Below are positions 9,217-20,006 of a stretch of DNA of 64,000 nt, piece by piece. The position numbers and the translations under genes were made by a program. Positions within the stretch are counted from its first letter, which is position 1; each line of letters starts with the position of its first letter. The notes beneath the pieces were generated by a model. It worked only from the letters and a program-made list of their open reading frames with translations, was not told the DNA's origin and made no database searches. Origin of the DNA: Bacteriovoracaceae bacterium (GTDB taxonomy: Bacteria; Bdellovibrionota; Bacteriovoracia; Bacteriovoracales; Bacteriovoracaceae); assembly GCA_048270185.1 (NCBI GenBank), contig JBLWTJ010000001.1, forward strand, positions 320,001 through 384,000. The letters are read 5' to 3'.

Positions 9217-12200
9217 GTGTTAAAATCCAGATTTTTACTAGCTATTCTTTTTACACTGTCGATTTTATCGACAGGTATTCACGCAAAAGATCTTCATAGC
9301 GGACCAATCTATGGGCCAGGTGATGAAGAGATCAGTAGCGAAGAAGCTCTAGTATCTGTTAAATGGCCACTTAAGTTCCTTCGCCATGATATCAATGAAG
9401 TTCTCATGGCCGATGGTGGATCATTTAAAGAAATCTCTAAGATTGACCTCGATCCAATTAACCGCACTCTCCATTTTGATGCCACTATTATCATGCCAGA
9501 TTCGATGCTTCTTTCGATGGAAGATAAGGCCGGAGATAAATTATTAAATGAACACAAACTCTCACTTGTTCTAGGATTTCCTCAATATGTAAGAGGACAG
9601 TACATAGAATTAACGATTAGAAAATTTGTTCTTGATGATGTGGATTACTCAGGTGGGATGCATATTATTACAAATGTAGCGGCAGCTCTTTTAAAGAATA
9701 GAAGTCTTATTAACTACTTTATGAATGATGATAAGGCCCCAACAGATTATTCTGATGAAGACCTATCTAAAATGATTAAAGAGTTATTTGATAACGAAGA
9801 TATCGTGATGAAAGATAATCGCATTAGACTGCGTTTTAACTTCACAAAGCTTACAGGGCTGACTCGTTATAAAGAAGTTGAAGATCTTCAAATTTGGTAT
9901 ATTGGCCCAAAGAAGGCCAAAGGGACAAAGCAGGGAGCAACATTTGTTATCGAAGCAGGGATTAAGAACCCTTCAATCAGTTATATTAAGTCAGTAAAAG
10001 ATGAAGGTAAGCTTGCTTCGCAAGAACTGCAAGAACTTAGAGCACAAGAATATATCACTTACGGATATAATAAAGACGTAGACGCTCGTTTAGAGAAAAT
10101 GCAATCAAGACTTCTTGAGGAAAGTGGTATCTTCACTTGGAATGAGAGAGAGCAATTCATTATTAAATATATGCTTCAGACGGCCGTATCAAAGGCCCGT
10201 AAAGCTCTTGATAAGAAAGACCTATACTTTATCGATGAGCCTCAAAAGGCCAATATTGAGTTCTTTAAAGCAGCTGAAGAATTTTTAAGAGTATCAGTTG
10301 CTGACTTAAAGCTGCGTCACGTGGTTGATATGCAAAATCGAAATGGTGGTGTTGTCGGTAGCAATATGCCATTTGTTAATGCTCGTATTTCACAAAATGC
10401 CATTTCTCAATTCACAAATTACTTTCGCGACTTCAAATTAATCGATAAAGAACCACTCTTTAAAGAACTAAATTTTGTTCTGGCCCCACATCTACCAGGT
10501 GTTGTTCTTAAAGGACGCGTAAATCTTGAAATGAACTCACTATTTGAGATGGGACTAGAAGGTGAAGGAATTGATTTCAATAACCCAGATATCAGACTAG
10601 ATAGCAAGACTTATGGAGATTCTGTACCATTTGAAATCTCACTCTATACTTATATGCGAGATAATGGAGTACTAGAGCTTGATATTAAAGATGCCGTTCT
10701 TGGTGAAGGACAGGCAAGAGTTCACCTAACACCAAAGACAGATAAGGGCTACTTCCTTGAAGAGTTCACGAAGCTTACAATTGCCAATATCCTAAAGACT
10801 TATCTTATTAGTGATCCTCTTGCGACAAAAGAAGACGAAACTCAAGATGATCCAGCACAGATTAAGCAAGAGTTAATTGAAAAGCTACAAAAGCTAAAAG
10901 AGAGCTTTAAAATGGCCGACAAGGTTGAGACTGTAGATGAAATTATCGCAGTTAAGAAGCTTGATCTTTCAAGCCCATTCATTTCGATCCCAGAAGAGAT
11001 GACGGAAGATAATCTTGTTGAATTCTTTAATAATATTCTTGGTATGGATAGAGAAACGGGAAGACTTCAAGTTAATCTTGATCCAACAATCTTTAGCGAA
11101 AAGATCCTCTATGCTAAGAATGACGTTCAAGTATGGAATATTGAGCCACTATTCGACAAGCTAATGGATAAGACTTATATCGATCTAGCAGTTGGAAATG
11201 GTGTAAGAACGAAGAAATACCTTGATAAGATTTATAACAGAATTGAAAAGCAAGATAGTCTAAATTTTGCTGGAACAAGCGGGAATATCGATAATGAAGG
11301 GCCTACAGATTACTCAATCAATATTGAACTTCGCCAATTTGAGTCAATGGTTAACTCAATCCTATCGGCTTCTATTGCTCCTCAAGTAAATGCAGCGAAA
11401 GAGCAGTTTAAGAGTTTAGAAGAAGGAAGCGTTAATATCCTTGAAGACCTTGTTCTTAAATCACAAAGTGATAATGAGCTATATCTTAAGATTTCACTAA
11501 ATCAAATGACAAAGAAGAAGCGCTGGTTTGGTGCCCGTATGTGGAACGGAATGTTTAACCGTGAAGACAAGAACTATATTATTGAAAATAACAGATCATC
11601 AATCATGGCAAAAATTAAACTACATGCAGTTGATCTAAAAGATTATAAGAAAGACCTTCTTGAGAAGAATCGAAATGAGATTTTCCTAGGTAACACTCTC
11701 CTTAAGATTGAACTTGAGTCAATCGGACGTACACTTAAGAATCCAGGAATCTTTGGTTCAGTTCTTAACTTCCTAATTGGGGACGTAAACCTTAAAAATG
11801 GAATCGTTGGTGCAAACCTTAAGAAGCTTGTCTTAAAGATTGCAGGACCTATGCTTAACCCAACAGATAGTGAAAATGGAAATGTAACACTTGCTGGTTT
11901 TGCCCTTAATAACTACCTAAAGGTATTTACAACTAAGAAAGATATCCTACTACAACTTAACCCAAGACTTGCAGGACCTGTATGGGATCTACTTCTAGTA
12001 AAAGATCAAAATTTTAAAGGAAGAAAAATTGGTGTGGGGATTAACCACCAAGAAAAGAAGATCAACTTTGACTTTAAGATGGTCTTTAACCCATCAACAG
12101 TTGATAAGCACGAGCTATACCTAATTATGGAAGAAGCTAAGAATATTTCTCTCGCAGTTAAAAAAGGTGAAATTAGCTCTACGGCAGACCTTATTAAGGT

Positions 12201-12621
12201 ATACGACAGACTTTACTACAATAGTGATATCACAAAGCTATCTCTTGTTCACAGACTTAAGAAAGTAATCAATAGCTACGATGCACTAGCACTATTAAAA
12301 GAGGACGATGCTAATCGAGACAATTATTCAACAACTGGTGCAGAGCTTATGCAAATTGCATCTGCTGCCAAGGTTATCAGCGATGCCCTTAGGGAAGTAA
12401 GCGAGCTTTCTCATGAGCAGGCCATTGCAAGCTATGCTTCAAACGCCATGAGAATTCACGATGATCTCGAAGAGAATTATATTGGGCCATTTAAGACTCT
12501 CTATCTTAAGAGATACCAGGCCAATAATAAGAAGATCATTGATGGCGACATCACTGACTGGACTCTCTACATCCTTCCAGACGCACTTTTTGCACAGAAG
12601 GCCTACGAGTTCTTAAACTAG
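9217..12621 (+). CDS. large secreted hypothetical protein (1134 aa)
   Basis: Long ORF, GTG start with GAGG upstream, Sec signal peptide (…TGIHA-K). Confidence 0.85.
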   Translation: MLKSRFLLAILFTLSILSTGIHAKDLHSGPIYGPGDEEISSEEALVSVKWPLKFLRHDINEVLMADGGSFKEISKIDLDPINRTLHFDATIIMPDSMLLSMEDKAGDKLLNEHKLSLVLGFPQYVRGQYIELTIRKFVLDDVDYSGGMHIITNVAAALLKNRSLINYFMNDDKAPTDYSDEDLSKMIKELFDNEDIVMKDNRIRLRFNFTKLTGLTRYKEVEDLQIWYIGPKKAKGTKQGATFVIEAGIKNPSISYIKSVKDEGKLASQELQELRAQEYITYGYNKDVDARLEKMQSRLLEESGIFTWNEREQFIIKYMLQTAVSKARKALDKKDLYFIDEPQKANIEFFKAAEEFLRVSVADLKLRHVVDMQNRNGGVVGSNMPFVNARISQNAISQFTNYFRDFKLIDKEPLFKELNFVLAPHLPGVVLKGRVNLEMNSLFEMGLEGEGIDFNNPDIRLDSKTYGDSVPFEISLYTYMRDNGVLELDIKDAVLGEGQARVHLTPKTDKGYFLEEFTKLTIANILKTYLISDPLATKEDETQDDPAQIKQELIEKLQKLKESFKMADKVETVDEIIAVKKLDLSSPFISIPEEMTEDNLVEFFNNILGMDRETGRLQVNLDPTIFSEKILYAKNDVQVWNIEPLFDKLMDKTYIDLAVGNGVRTKKYLDKIYNRIEKQDSLNFAGTSGNIDNEGPTDYSINIELRQFESMVNSILSASIAPQVNAAKEQFKSLEEGSVNILEDLVLKSQSDNELYLKISLNQMTKKKRWFGARMWNGMFNREDKNYIIENNRSSIMAKIKLHAVDLKDYKKDLLEKNRNEIFLGNTLLKIELESIGRTLKNPGIFGSVLNFLIGDVNLKNGIVGANLKKLVLKIAGPMLNPTDSENGNVTLAGFALNNYLKVFTTKKDILLQLNPRLAGPVWDLLLVKDQNFKGRKIGVGINHQEKKINFDFKMVFNPSTVDKHELYLIMEEAKNISLAVKKGEISSTADLIKVYDRLYYNSDITKLSLVHRLKKVINSYDALALLKEDDANRDNYSTTGAELMQIASAAKVISDALREVSELSHEQAIASYASNAMRIHDDLEENYIGPFKTLYLKRYQANNKKIIDGDITDWTLYILPDALFAQKAYEFLN

Positions 12622-12634
12622 AAAATCCTTGGGC

Positions 12635-13426
12635 CTACTTCATTGTCGAAGGGCCAAGAATATAATTTAATCCTAAGAATAAACTTGAACGATAGCCTCT
12701 TTTTGTTAAGGGGCTATCTTCCACCGCACTCGAATACTTCGTATAAGAATAGAAAGCATTAAGGGCATATTTATCAGCAACAGGGTAGTTAAAGATTAAT
12801 CGTCCACCATACTTATGAGTCGCATTTGGTGTAAACTCTGGGCGATCGGCGCGCGCTTCTTCTGGAGAGACACCAAAGTAATAACGAGACCAATTCTTTG
12901 TATGCTGAGCATAGAAAAGACCTGGCACAATACTAAGCTTTTTGTTCTTCCAAATATTAAATTGAAATGCCTTAGAAACCCCAAAAGAATATTTGATACC
13001 TTCTGAATGACCACTAATGTCTCGCTCAACTGAAAGGTTTGAAATGAAGTACTTACCAGGAATCATGAGAGTTAGGCCCAGATCAAGTGAGCGCTTGCGT
13101 CTAGTTAGGCCTTGATTATATTCACCATCATCGGGATCAACACTATTAAAGTCAGGCTTTAATGTAAGGCGTGTTAAAGGAAGTAGACGAAAACTTGCGG
13201 CCACACCACGAAATGAAAATCTCTTATAATTATAATTAATTGAAGGAACAACTGGGATATCGAAAGTATCGCCTTCTTTGTAGAGAGATGTTGAAAAACT
13301 TGATCCAAATCCAATCTGATTGGTTGGCGTGGGCCTTTTCGCTCTTTGTTTTTCTAAATTTTCTAATTGCTCAGTTCTGCCATTAGCAAAAACAAAGGGC
13401 CCATTTAACAGGGCCCCTATAAGCAT
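12635..13426 (-). CDS. MipA/OmpV-family outer-membrane protein
   Basis: YYFGVSPEEA, SAVEDSPLT and amphipathic beta-strands. Start refined to ATG 13426 (TAATG overlap with the upstream gene). Confidence 0.85.
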   Translation of the reverse strand: MLIGALLNGPFVFANGRTEQLENLEKQRAKRPTPTNQIGFGSSFSTSLYKEGDTFDIPVVPSINYNYKRFSFRGVAASFRLLPLTRLTLKPDFNSVDPDDGEYNQGLTRRKRSLDLGLTLMIPGKYFISNLSVERDISGHSEGIKYSFGVSKAFQFNIWKNKKLSIVPGLFYAQHTKNWSRYYFGVSPEEARADRPEFTPNATHKYGGRLIFNYPVADKYALNAFYSYTKYSSAVEDSPLTKRGYRSSLFLGLNYILGPSTMK

Positions 13427-14550
13427 TATTTTGAAAAGTACTTTTTGATTACTTGGCAAACATATTCGCATTCTTCTTCCGTGATATAAGCGTAACAAGG
13501 TAGGTTTAAAACGGCCTTACTAATGTAGTCCGCATTTCCATTATCAATTTTTCCAACTGAATATGCTGGAGCAGCTTCTTGCATACTCATTGCACCTGGA
13601 TAAATTGTTCCAAAACCAATATTTGCTTCTTTAAGAGCTTCCCCAAGTCCTTCTCTAAGCTCAGGATCAATTAGAGCAACTGAACAGTAACCATTCTCTT
13701 CAACATGTGAAGGAACTGACTGAAGCTTCAGCGGAAGTCCTTGTAGGTTTTCTTTATAGTAATTTACGGCCGCACGACGTGAATCAAGGCGTGCATCAAT
13801 ATGGTCTAGTGACATATTTAGAAATAGTGACTCGTATGCACCAATTCTTGAGTTCCAACCAATGAGGCCATGAGAATAGTGGCTTGTACGTCCATGATTA
13901 ATAAGCGTACGACAAGTATTAATTAGATTTTCATCAGTTGAGAAGATCGCACCAGCGTCTCCTGAAGCACCTAGAACCTTTGCAGGGTAGAAGCTAGTCG
14001 TTGAAATCTTCGCACTTCCAAGAATCGACTTTCCGTTAATTCTTGTTCCAAAGCACTGGGCCCCGTCTTCAATTAACATAACGCCAGCATCTTCTGCGAT
14101 CTTTCTAATTTCCATTGTATCTGGACATGCCCAACCATATAGGTGAACAAGGATGGCCGCTTTTGGCTTAAATTTCTCAATAGCTTCCTTAAAAGTTTCT
14201 TTATCCCAGTGAAGTGTTTCACGGTTTACATCAATTGTTGCAGGATTTGCACCAACGTTAACAACTGCTTCAAATGTTGCCCAAAAAGTCATATCTGGAA
14301 CAAGAACAGTATCGTTCTTCTCAACACCACTTGCACGTAGTGCAATTTGGATGGCATCAGTACCGTTGGCACAGCCAACAACGTGCTTTGCTTCGGCCTT
14401 GGCCTGTAGCTTTTCTTCGAGCATATTGACCTGAGGTCCGCCGATAAATTGTGTGTTATCAAATAATGTTTCGACACCTTTTAAAAATTCATCTCTGAAT
14501 CCATCTTCGAAACGATTTAGGGTAATAAATGGTACGCCGTTTACAGACAT
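13426..14550 (-). CDS. DegT/DnrJ/EryC1/StrS-family sugar aminotransferase
   Basis: ANGTDAI, VHLYG, IEDGAQ, SFYPAKVLGASGDAG, GWNSR. Confidence 0.92.
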   Translation of the reverse strand: MSVNGVPFITLNRFEDGFRDEFLKGVETLFDNTQFIGGPQVNMLEEKLQAKAEAKHVVGCANGTDAIQIALRASGVEKNDTVLVPDMTFWATFEAVVNVGANPATIDVNRETLHWDKETFKEAIEKFKPKAAILVHLYGWACPDTMEIRKIAEDAGVMLIEDGAQCFGTRINGKSILGSAKISTTSFYPAKVLGASGDAGAIFSTDENLINTCRTLINHGRTSHYSHGLIGWNSRIGAYESLFLNMSLDHIDARLDSRRAAVNYYKENLQGLPLKLQSVPSHVEENGYCSVALIDPELREGLGEALKEANIGFGTIYPGAMSMQEAAPAYSVGKIDNGNADYISKAVLNLPCYAYITEEECEYVCQVIKKYFSK

Positions 14551-14744
14551 AATTCCTCGCTTGAGTAAGTGATTTTAGACCATTATATGGGAAATGAGAT
14601 GACTTAGAAATGGAAATTTTACCTACAAATAGGCGAGTAGTTTACTCAATAAATTTCAGGCTACACTATATATAGTTTTGACACCCCAGTTTATTTTTCA
14701 ATAGCGTTCATTCCTGAATAAATTTCTGTTATTTTGGACGCATT

Positions 14745-15710
14745 ATGATGAAAAATAGCCTAAAAACACTCGCTTCAATACTTCTAATTTCTCAATCATT
14801 TGCTTCACAGGCAATCTCAATGGATGCTACAAGCTTTCGTGAGACCATTGAAGGAGTCATTTCACTCTATGATAGTGAATTACCAGCTAATCGCAATATT
14901 GATATTTCATGGGAATCTGAGACTCTAAACGCTTCCGTTGGGCTTGGAAAGAATGGTGTGACAAATTTTAGTTTCCACGGTGGTTTTGCGAGAGAAAATA
15001 ATCTCAATCAAGATGCCTATGCCGTGGTTGTTTGCCATGAAGTCGGCCATATTGTTGGAGGTTATCCGAAGGTGATGCCAACTCAGAAGTACACAAGTGA
15101 GGCCCAGTCAGATTACTTTGCTGCCAATGACTGCTTAAAGAAATTCTTTGCTAGTAAGCCAATCAATTTAGCTCAAATAGATCTTTCCAATATTGATGAA
15201 AAGAAGATCGCCGATTGCCGAGAAGATCAATTATGTCTTAGAGGTCTTGCGGCCATTCGTGATGTATCTGTGATTTATCCGGGCTCAAGTATTAATGCAA
15301 AAGAAAATAAGGTTGCAGAGTTTACTAACTTCAACTCATACCCATCAAATCAATGTCGTGTCGATACACTAGTGGCAGGCCTAATGAGGCATCCAAGGCC
15401 TACTTGTTGGTTTAAGGGTTATCAGAAAGATCGTTATGAGTATGAGCCTGAGTACGAATATGAAGAAGCGCAGATCGTTGCTGAGATCACTACGATTACA
15501 CCGACATTCTATGGTTGCCACCTTACGACAAAATACCCTGACTACTGGCGTACAGGCTACTTTTCGTCATTGACTGAAAGTGATTTAATGACAATTGGGG
15601 CCACGATGGTAGGGGATTGTTCAAAGTATAAAGTAGGCGGGACTCTAAGTGGTGTTCTGACACTCTTTAAAAAGGCATTGTATTTAAATATTGAAGCGAG
15701 AGATATGTAG
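14745..15710 (+). CDS. secreted putative zinc metallopeptidase
   Basis: Signal peptide; CHEVGH...EAQSDYFA; paralogous to 51000-51815. Confidence 0.7.
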   Translation: MMKNSLKTLASILLISQSFASQAISMDATSFRETIEGVISLYDSELPANRNIDISWESETLNASVGLGKNGVTNFSFHGGFARENNLNQDAYAVVVCHEVGHIVGGYPKVMPTQKYTSEAQSDYFAANDCLKKFFASKPINLAQIDLSNIDEKKIADCREDQLCLRGLAAIRDVSVIYPGSSINAKENKVAEFTNFNSYPSNQCRVDTLVAGLMRHPRPTCWFKGYQKDRYEYEPEYEYEEAQIVAEITTITPTFYGCHLTTKYPDYWRTGYFSSLTESDLMTIGATMVGDCSKYKVGGTLSGVLTLFKKALYLNIEARDM

Positions 15711-15803
15711 TCATACCCGATTTTTTTACTTTTTTTTAAGTTTTATTTGCGCACCTTGCCCTCAATAATAATGAAATAATTCATTTAAAAACTTGGGGGC
15801 CAT

Positions 15804-16319
15804 ATGAAATATTTCATTTGTATTTTATTACTTTTTTCTGCGCACGCATCACGTTCAAAATTTGGAACATCATCAAAAATAAGCTTTCGCTGTCAAGTTG
15901 ATATCTTCAATAAGCTAGTTGATCCAACAACATATAAGGCCTATGCAGGTGACTTAGTTAATTCAGTCATGCACGAGCAATATAATAATGTCACAGACCG
16001 TGATCTTAAAAAGCTTGTGGAATTAGATAATGGTAAGAGCTTATTTTCAAATGCATTAATTGGTGGTGCTGGCTATCTTAGATGGTCAGTCATTGAAACA
16101 AATGATGATGGCATCGTCGTTGATCTCGAAAATATCAAGTCACCAATCACGGCCCGTACCATTTACAGTAACCGTGCTCATGATCACGCAAGAAATATGA
16201 AATCAATCGGAGAGTCAGATTCATATCTGTATCGAATTGAATGTTCTAAAGTCGATACAGACGGTAAGGATGTGAAAAAACCGACAATGAATAAAGGTGT
16301 CGCAACATATCCAAACTAG
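15804..16319 (+). CDS. secreted hypothetical protein
   Basis: Signal peptide (…SAHA-S); G-rich RBS. Confidence 0.7.
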   Translation: MKYFICILLLFSAHASRSKFGTSSKISFRCQVDIFNKLVDPTTYKAYAGDLVNSVMHEQYNNVTDRDLKKLVELDNGKSLFSNALIGGAGYLRWSVIETNDDGIVVDLENIKSPITARTIYSNRAHDHARNMKSIGESDSYLYRIECSKVDTDGKDVKKPTMNKGVATYPN

Positions 16320-16336
16320 TGTAAAATAGACCTTAT

Positions 16337-17665
16337 ATGGTCGATGATTTAAATGAGAATAATGTTTATGACTGCATCGTTATTGGTGCAGGGATTGCAG
16401 GCTTAACAGCAGCCTACGAGCTACATAAAGCAGGTCTAAGAGTACTTATCCTTGAGTCCAAGGACTACGTTGGTGGCCGTATCCAAACCATAAGCACAGA
16501 TCAAAAGCATGTTGATACAGGAGCGCAATTCTTTAGCTCTGAGTACCATACAATCCTATCTCTTATTAAAGATTTAAATTTGGAAAATTCGCTAGGGGAG
16601 ACATCCCCAAAAGCGGCCAGCTTAAAAGATAGGAAGCTTCGAATACTTAATAAGAATAATCCTCTGTCCCTTTGGCTAAGTGGTCTTTTTGGTTTCATGG
16701 ACTTTATGAAATTAGGATTATCAATTTTTAAATTACAATCAAAATTAAAGAAAATTCGTCTTGAACGAATAAGTGATTGGCATGAATTTGATAATGAAGA
16801 TGCTGCAAGTTGGTCATTAAAAAACCTTAATAAAAATATCTTGGATTATCTTATCGAGCCTTTTATTTCAGGGTTTACTTACACATCTCCTGAGAAATCT
16901 TCGGCCATGTTAGCGGCGAGAACCCTTGGGCACCTGAGTGCTAATACGGATCTTTTGGCCTTAGAAAATGGCCTCTATATGATAATTGATGCCTTAGCAA
17001 AGAAGCTTGAAATCATTAAAAGCTGTGAAGTTCTTGAGATATCTGAAGGCAAAATATTAACAAATAAAGGGGAGTTTCACGCAGGGAAAATCGTGTGTAC
17101 AACCCCTAGTAAAACCGCCAAAAAATTGGCCTATATGCCCTATCAAAATTTAGAAATTTTTGACCTCAATTATTCGGCCACCATGCATTTATCCTACCTA
17201 ATTGATAAGGATTTGATTCCAAATAAAGATGGGATTTATGGCATGATGATAAGTCATCTGGAGAGTTCGTTAATTAATGTCGTATCTTTTGAAAGTTTTA
17301 AGCATCCAGGACTTGTCACAGATCCTTCAAAAGAATTGATCAATATTATGCTTACAAATTCAGGTGCTATGAAATTATGGGATTTATCTGATGATGAGAT
17401 CCATGATGAAATAATTCGAGAGCTCAAAATCGTTTTTAAGCTTCCTGAAATAAAAGTCCATGCAAAGACCTTAGTAAAATGGGATAAGGCCATACCGTTA
17501 TTTCATCAAGGACATGTTAAAGCGATATGCAAGTATCGTGATGAATTAAGTGCAGATGATACGTTATTCTTTGCAGGAGATTATCTGGGAACGCCGTGTT
17601 CGGAAGGTGCTGCCGAGTCGGCCAAATTCATTGCCGATGTCATCACATCTAAAAGATCATCATAA
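16337..17665 (+). CDS. FAD-dependent oxidoreductase (amine oxidase/protoporphyrinogen oxidase HemY-like superfamily)
   Basis: VIGAGIAGL, E..DYVGGR, DTGAQF, FAGDY...EGA..S. Confidence 0.85.
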   Translation: MVDDLNENNVYDCIVIGAGIAGLTAAYELHKAGLRVLILESKDYVGGRIQTISTDQKHVDTGAQFFSSEYHTILSLIKDLNLENSLGETSPKAASLKDRKLRILNKNNPLSLWLSGLFGFMDFMKLGLSIFKLQSKLKKIRLERISDWHEFDNEDAASWSLKNLNKNILDYLIEPFISGFTYTSPEKSSAMLAARTLGHLSANTDLLALENGLYMIIDALAKKLEIIKSCEVLEISEGKILTNKGEFHAGKIVCTTPSKTAKKLAYMPYQNLEIFDLNYSATMHLSYLIDKDLIPNKDGIYGMMISHLESSLINVVSFESFKHPGLVTDPSKELINIMLTNSGAMKLWDLSDDEIHDEIIRELKIVFKLPEIKVHAKTLVKWDKAIPLFHQGHVKAICKYRDELSADDTLFFAGDYLGTPCSEGAAESAKFIADVITSKRSS

Positions 17666-17739
17666 GGGTTAATATTGCCTTATATGTCACATGGGATATT
17701 TAGGCTAAAATAAGAAGATATTGATTTCATATACGCCTT

Positions 17740-17767
17740 ACCCCATATAACGAATATTATATGGGGT
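17740..17767. other. perfect 11-6-11 inverted repeat, dif-like recombination-site candidate (site A)
   Basis: ACCCCATATAA-CGAATA-TTATATGGGGT; 28 bp, intergenic between convergent genes. Confidence 0.55.
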
Positions 17768-17829
17768 GATTTGTTTTCCCCCTCTATCACATATCCCAGA
17801 TCATTTAATTCAAATTATCGACTAATTGC

Positions 17830-18321
17830 TTAGCCAATAATTCGAATCACTGGGTCCATAAATTTCGAATTCTTTGAAATTCGTCCAGGTACTGCAAAGA
17901 AGAAAATCATCATAAGATAATTCACTATTGGTAGTATCATTAAAACGACTGCAATAAACACATAACGAAATTTCAAGCTTCCAAAAATATCTCTTAGTCT
18001 CTTTAAATGAAAAAGAATAATTCGATAGACATAAAGAATTGAAATCATCAAAAGCCATACTGAACATAAGAGATTCCCCATCGGAGATGGCCTTATCCCT
18101 GCACGAAGGGTTTCATTAAATAATAGATCGACATTTAAGCTTAAAGTTCCAAAGTCAAACAGGCCATATGCTATTGAGTAAACCTTGAAAGTATCTGTTC
18201 CATAGATAAAAAATAGCCCAGATAAACTTAGAATAAAGAGCAATACGTTTGTAAGTACAAAACCTTGAAGTAGAAAATTAGAGCGACTTGATACACCCTT
18301 CCAGCTGCTGAATAATTTCAT
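17830..18321 (-). CDS. membrane protein, DUF805-like
   Basis: FSSWKG..SRSNF start, KRLRD motif and 3 TM segments, the DUF805 layout. Confidence 0.6.
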   Translation of the reverse strand: MKLFSSWKGVSSRSNFLLQGFVLTNVLLFILSLSGLFFIYGTDTFKVYSIAYGLFDFGTLSLNVDLLFNETLRAGIRPSPMGNLLCSVWLLMISILYVYRIILFHLKRLRDIFGSLKFRYVFIAVVLMILPIVNYLMMIFFFAVPGRISKNSKFMDPVIRIIG

Positions 18322-18479
18322 CGAATACTCTCCTAAATATTTATCTTCAAGAACTATACTATGAAATCACAAGAGCATTCATTCATTTTATATACACACC
18401 CTATAGATTATACAACATATTATATTTGCACAGGGTTTCCTGATATATTCAAAAAAACTTATATTATGAGGAGCCAGTT

Positions 18480-18917
18480 ATGATCAAAATATTATTTGCA
18501 ATAATCGCTTTAAACTTCTCTGTAATGGCCTCAGAAGAGTTAGTCCTTGAAGGTCAGTCTGGATATTTGCCTAAAGGTGAAGTTGAATTTGAACTAATAG
18601 ATGAATCATGTGGATTAGTCCTTGTAGATGGTAAGCACTTTGGAGCCTTCTTAGGTGATCAGCAATACTATTTCACAGATGTAAAGACAATAACTCCACA
18701 ACAAAATCCAAACTTAAAGAGCCCTGTATATATAGGTTCATTTGAAATTGAAGCCAACGATGATTCAAGGCCAGTAAAAACTGTAAAAATCATGGTTAGA
18801 ACTTACGGCAATACACTTGATCCAATCAGAAATATTAATGCTTTTCGAATAGAGCTTTTCGATAAACATAAGAAGTCTTTGGCGGCAGCTCTTTGCGTTG
18901 ATGTAAGCAAGAAGTAA
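18480..18917 (+). CDS. secreted hypothetical protein
   Basis: RBS GAGGAG; signal peptide (…SVMA-S). Confidence 0.75.
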   Translation: MIKILFAIIALNFSVMASEELVLEGQSGYLPKGEVEFELIDESCGLVLVDGKHFGAFLGDQQYYFTDVKTITPQQNPNLKSPVYIGSFEIEANDDSRPVKTVKIMVRTYGNTLDPIRNINAFRIELFDKHKKSLAAALCVDVSKK

Positions 18918-18922
18918 AAAGC

Positions 18923-19483
18923 CTAGGCAATAAGTCCAATTTTTCGCTCAACACTCTTGTCGTGTAGAAAGAACTTAACTTGCTGCTTATAGAAATCACA
19001 AATAGTTTTTTCCATTTCACTATAGACCTGCTTTTCTAAGTAGGTCTCATACTCTCCTGCTTTAATCTGCATGTCTGTCTTATCTTGGATATATTTAAAG
19101 TAAATCGTGTCTTCAACTTTCTTATAACTAATATCAAATTTAATATTTTCAGCAGGCTGAAGTGTCTTATTAGCGTCGATATGAAGTCGTAAGAGAATTG
19201 AAAAAACCCAGTAACCATTATCAGCAAGTTTTACGGCACCGTGAGGAGTGTACGAAATATCCTCGTCAATTGGTGTATAGAGCTCTTCCTCGCCTTCTAA
19301 TAGCTCAGGATCAACATGGATCGTTTGCACAAGCTTAATAAGATCGTATTCATTTTCTTTTAGGCCTAAGTACTTCTTAAAACCATGGAATAAGACACTT
19401 GCAAATGTCGTGGCATCTTCATGGGCCTTAAAGAAGAGTTCTCGTGATTTCTTATATTCATTACATAGATTGAGGTATGACAT
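18923..19483 (-). CDS. hypothetical protein
   Basis: Intact ORF; ATG 19483 preferred over TTG 19510. Confidence 0.65.
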   Translation of the reverse strand: MSYLNLCNEYKKSRELFFKAHEDATTFASVLFHGFKKYLGLKENEYDLIKLVQTIHVDPELLEGEEELYTPIDEDISYTPHGAVKLADNGYWVFSILLRLHIDANKTLQPAENIKFDISYKKVEDTIYFKYIQDKTDMQIKAGEYETYLEKQVYSEMEKTICDFYKQQVKFFLHDKSVERKIGLIA

Positions 19484-19571
19484 AAGGAATAGTTCGGAAT
19501 ACTTACACAAATCAAAAGTTATGATTTCTAAAATAAATCTTTAAGTAGCACAGGTGACGAATAAGAAATTG

Positions 19572-20006
19572 CTATGCAAAAGTGATTGCTAAAACAAAAA
19601 TCAAGATCAAACCAATGACAATCGCTTCAAAGACGTACGTCTTGTTTGTTTCCGGTGCTTTAAACTCACCTGTTAAGCGAAAGTGTGAATCATTAATGTT
19701 ATTTATCACGTATTGAATTTTTCCAAGAGGTGTAAGTCCTGTGAAGTCATAGAGAACTTCTCGATTCTCACAAATGGCCGTGTAAGGAACTCCACGAACA
19801 CCAAAGTTGTCCGCAATCTCAGGACTCTCCATGGTATTGACTTCATAAACATTTATATCGGGATTATTTTCACTTAAGGCCTCAAAGACAGGGGCCATTG
19901 TTTTGCATGGGCCACAAGTATCAGAGTAAAACTTGATAACGAATACACCTTTTTCACTAGATGCAATCGATTCAAAGTTTTCGTTATTCATTTTTTTAAT
20001 ATTCAT
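19572..20006 (-). CDS. thioredoxin-family protein with C-terminal transmembrane anchor
   Basis: FYSDTCGPCK, FGVRGVP cis-Pro loop, hydrophobic C-terminus; ATGA overlap with the recombinase. Confidence 0.85.
   Translation of the reverse strand: MNIKKMNNENFESIASSEKGVFVIKFYSDTCGPCKTMAPVFEALSENNPDINVYEVNTMESPEIADNFGVRGVPYTAICENREVLYDFTGLTPLGKIQYVINNINDSHFRLTGEFKAPETNKTYVFEAIVIGLILIFVLAITFA

Noticed and set aside
13397..13416. GGGCCC...GGGCCC hairpin
   Set aside because: It lies within the mipA signal-peptide coding region and has no U-tract; explained by GGCC abundance.
14583..14593. TTATATGGGAA, a 9/11 match to the right arm of site A
   Set aside because: There is no partner arm, and it coincides with a plausible TATAAT -10 box of the degT gene.
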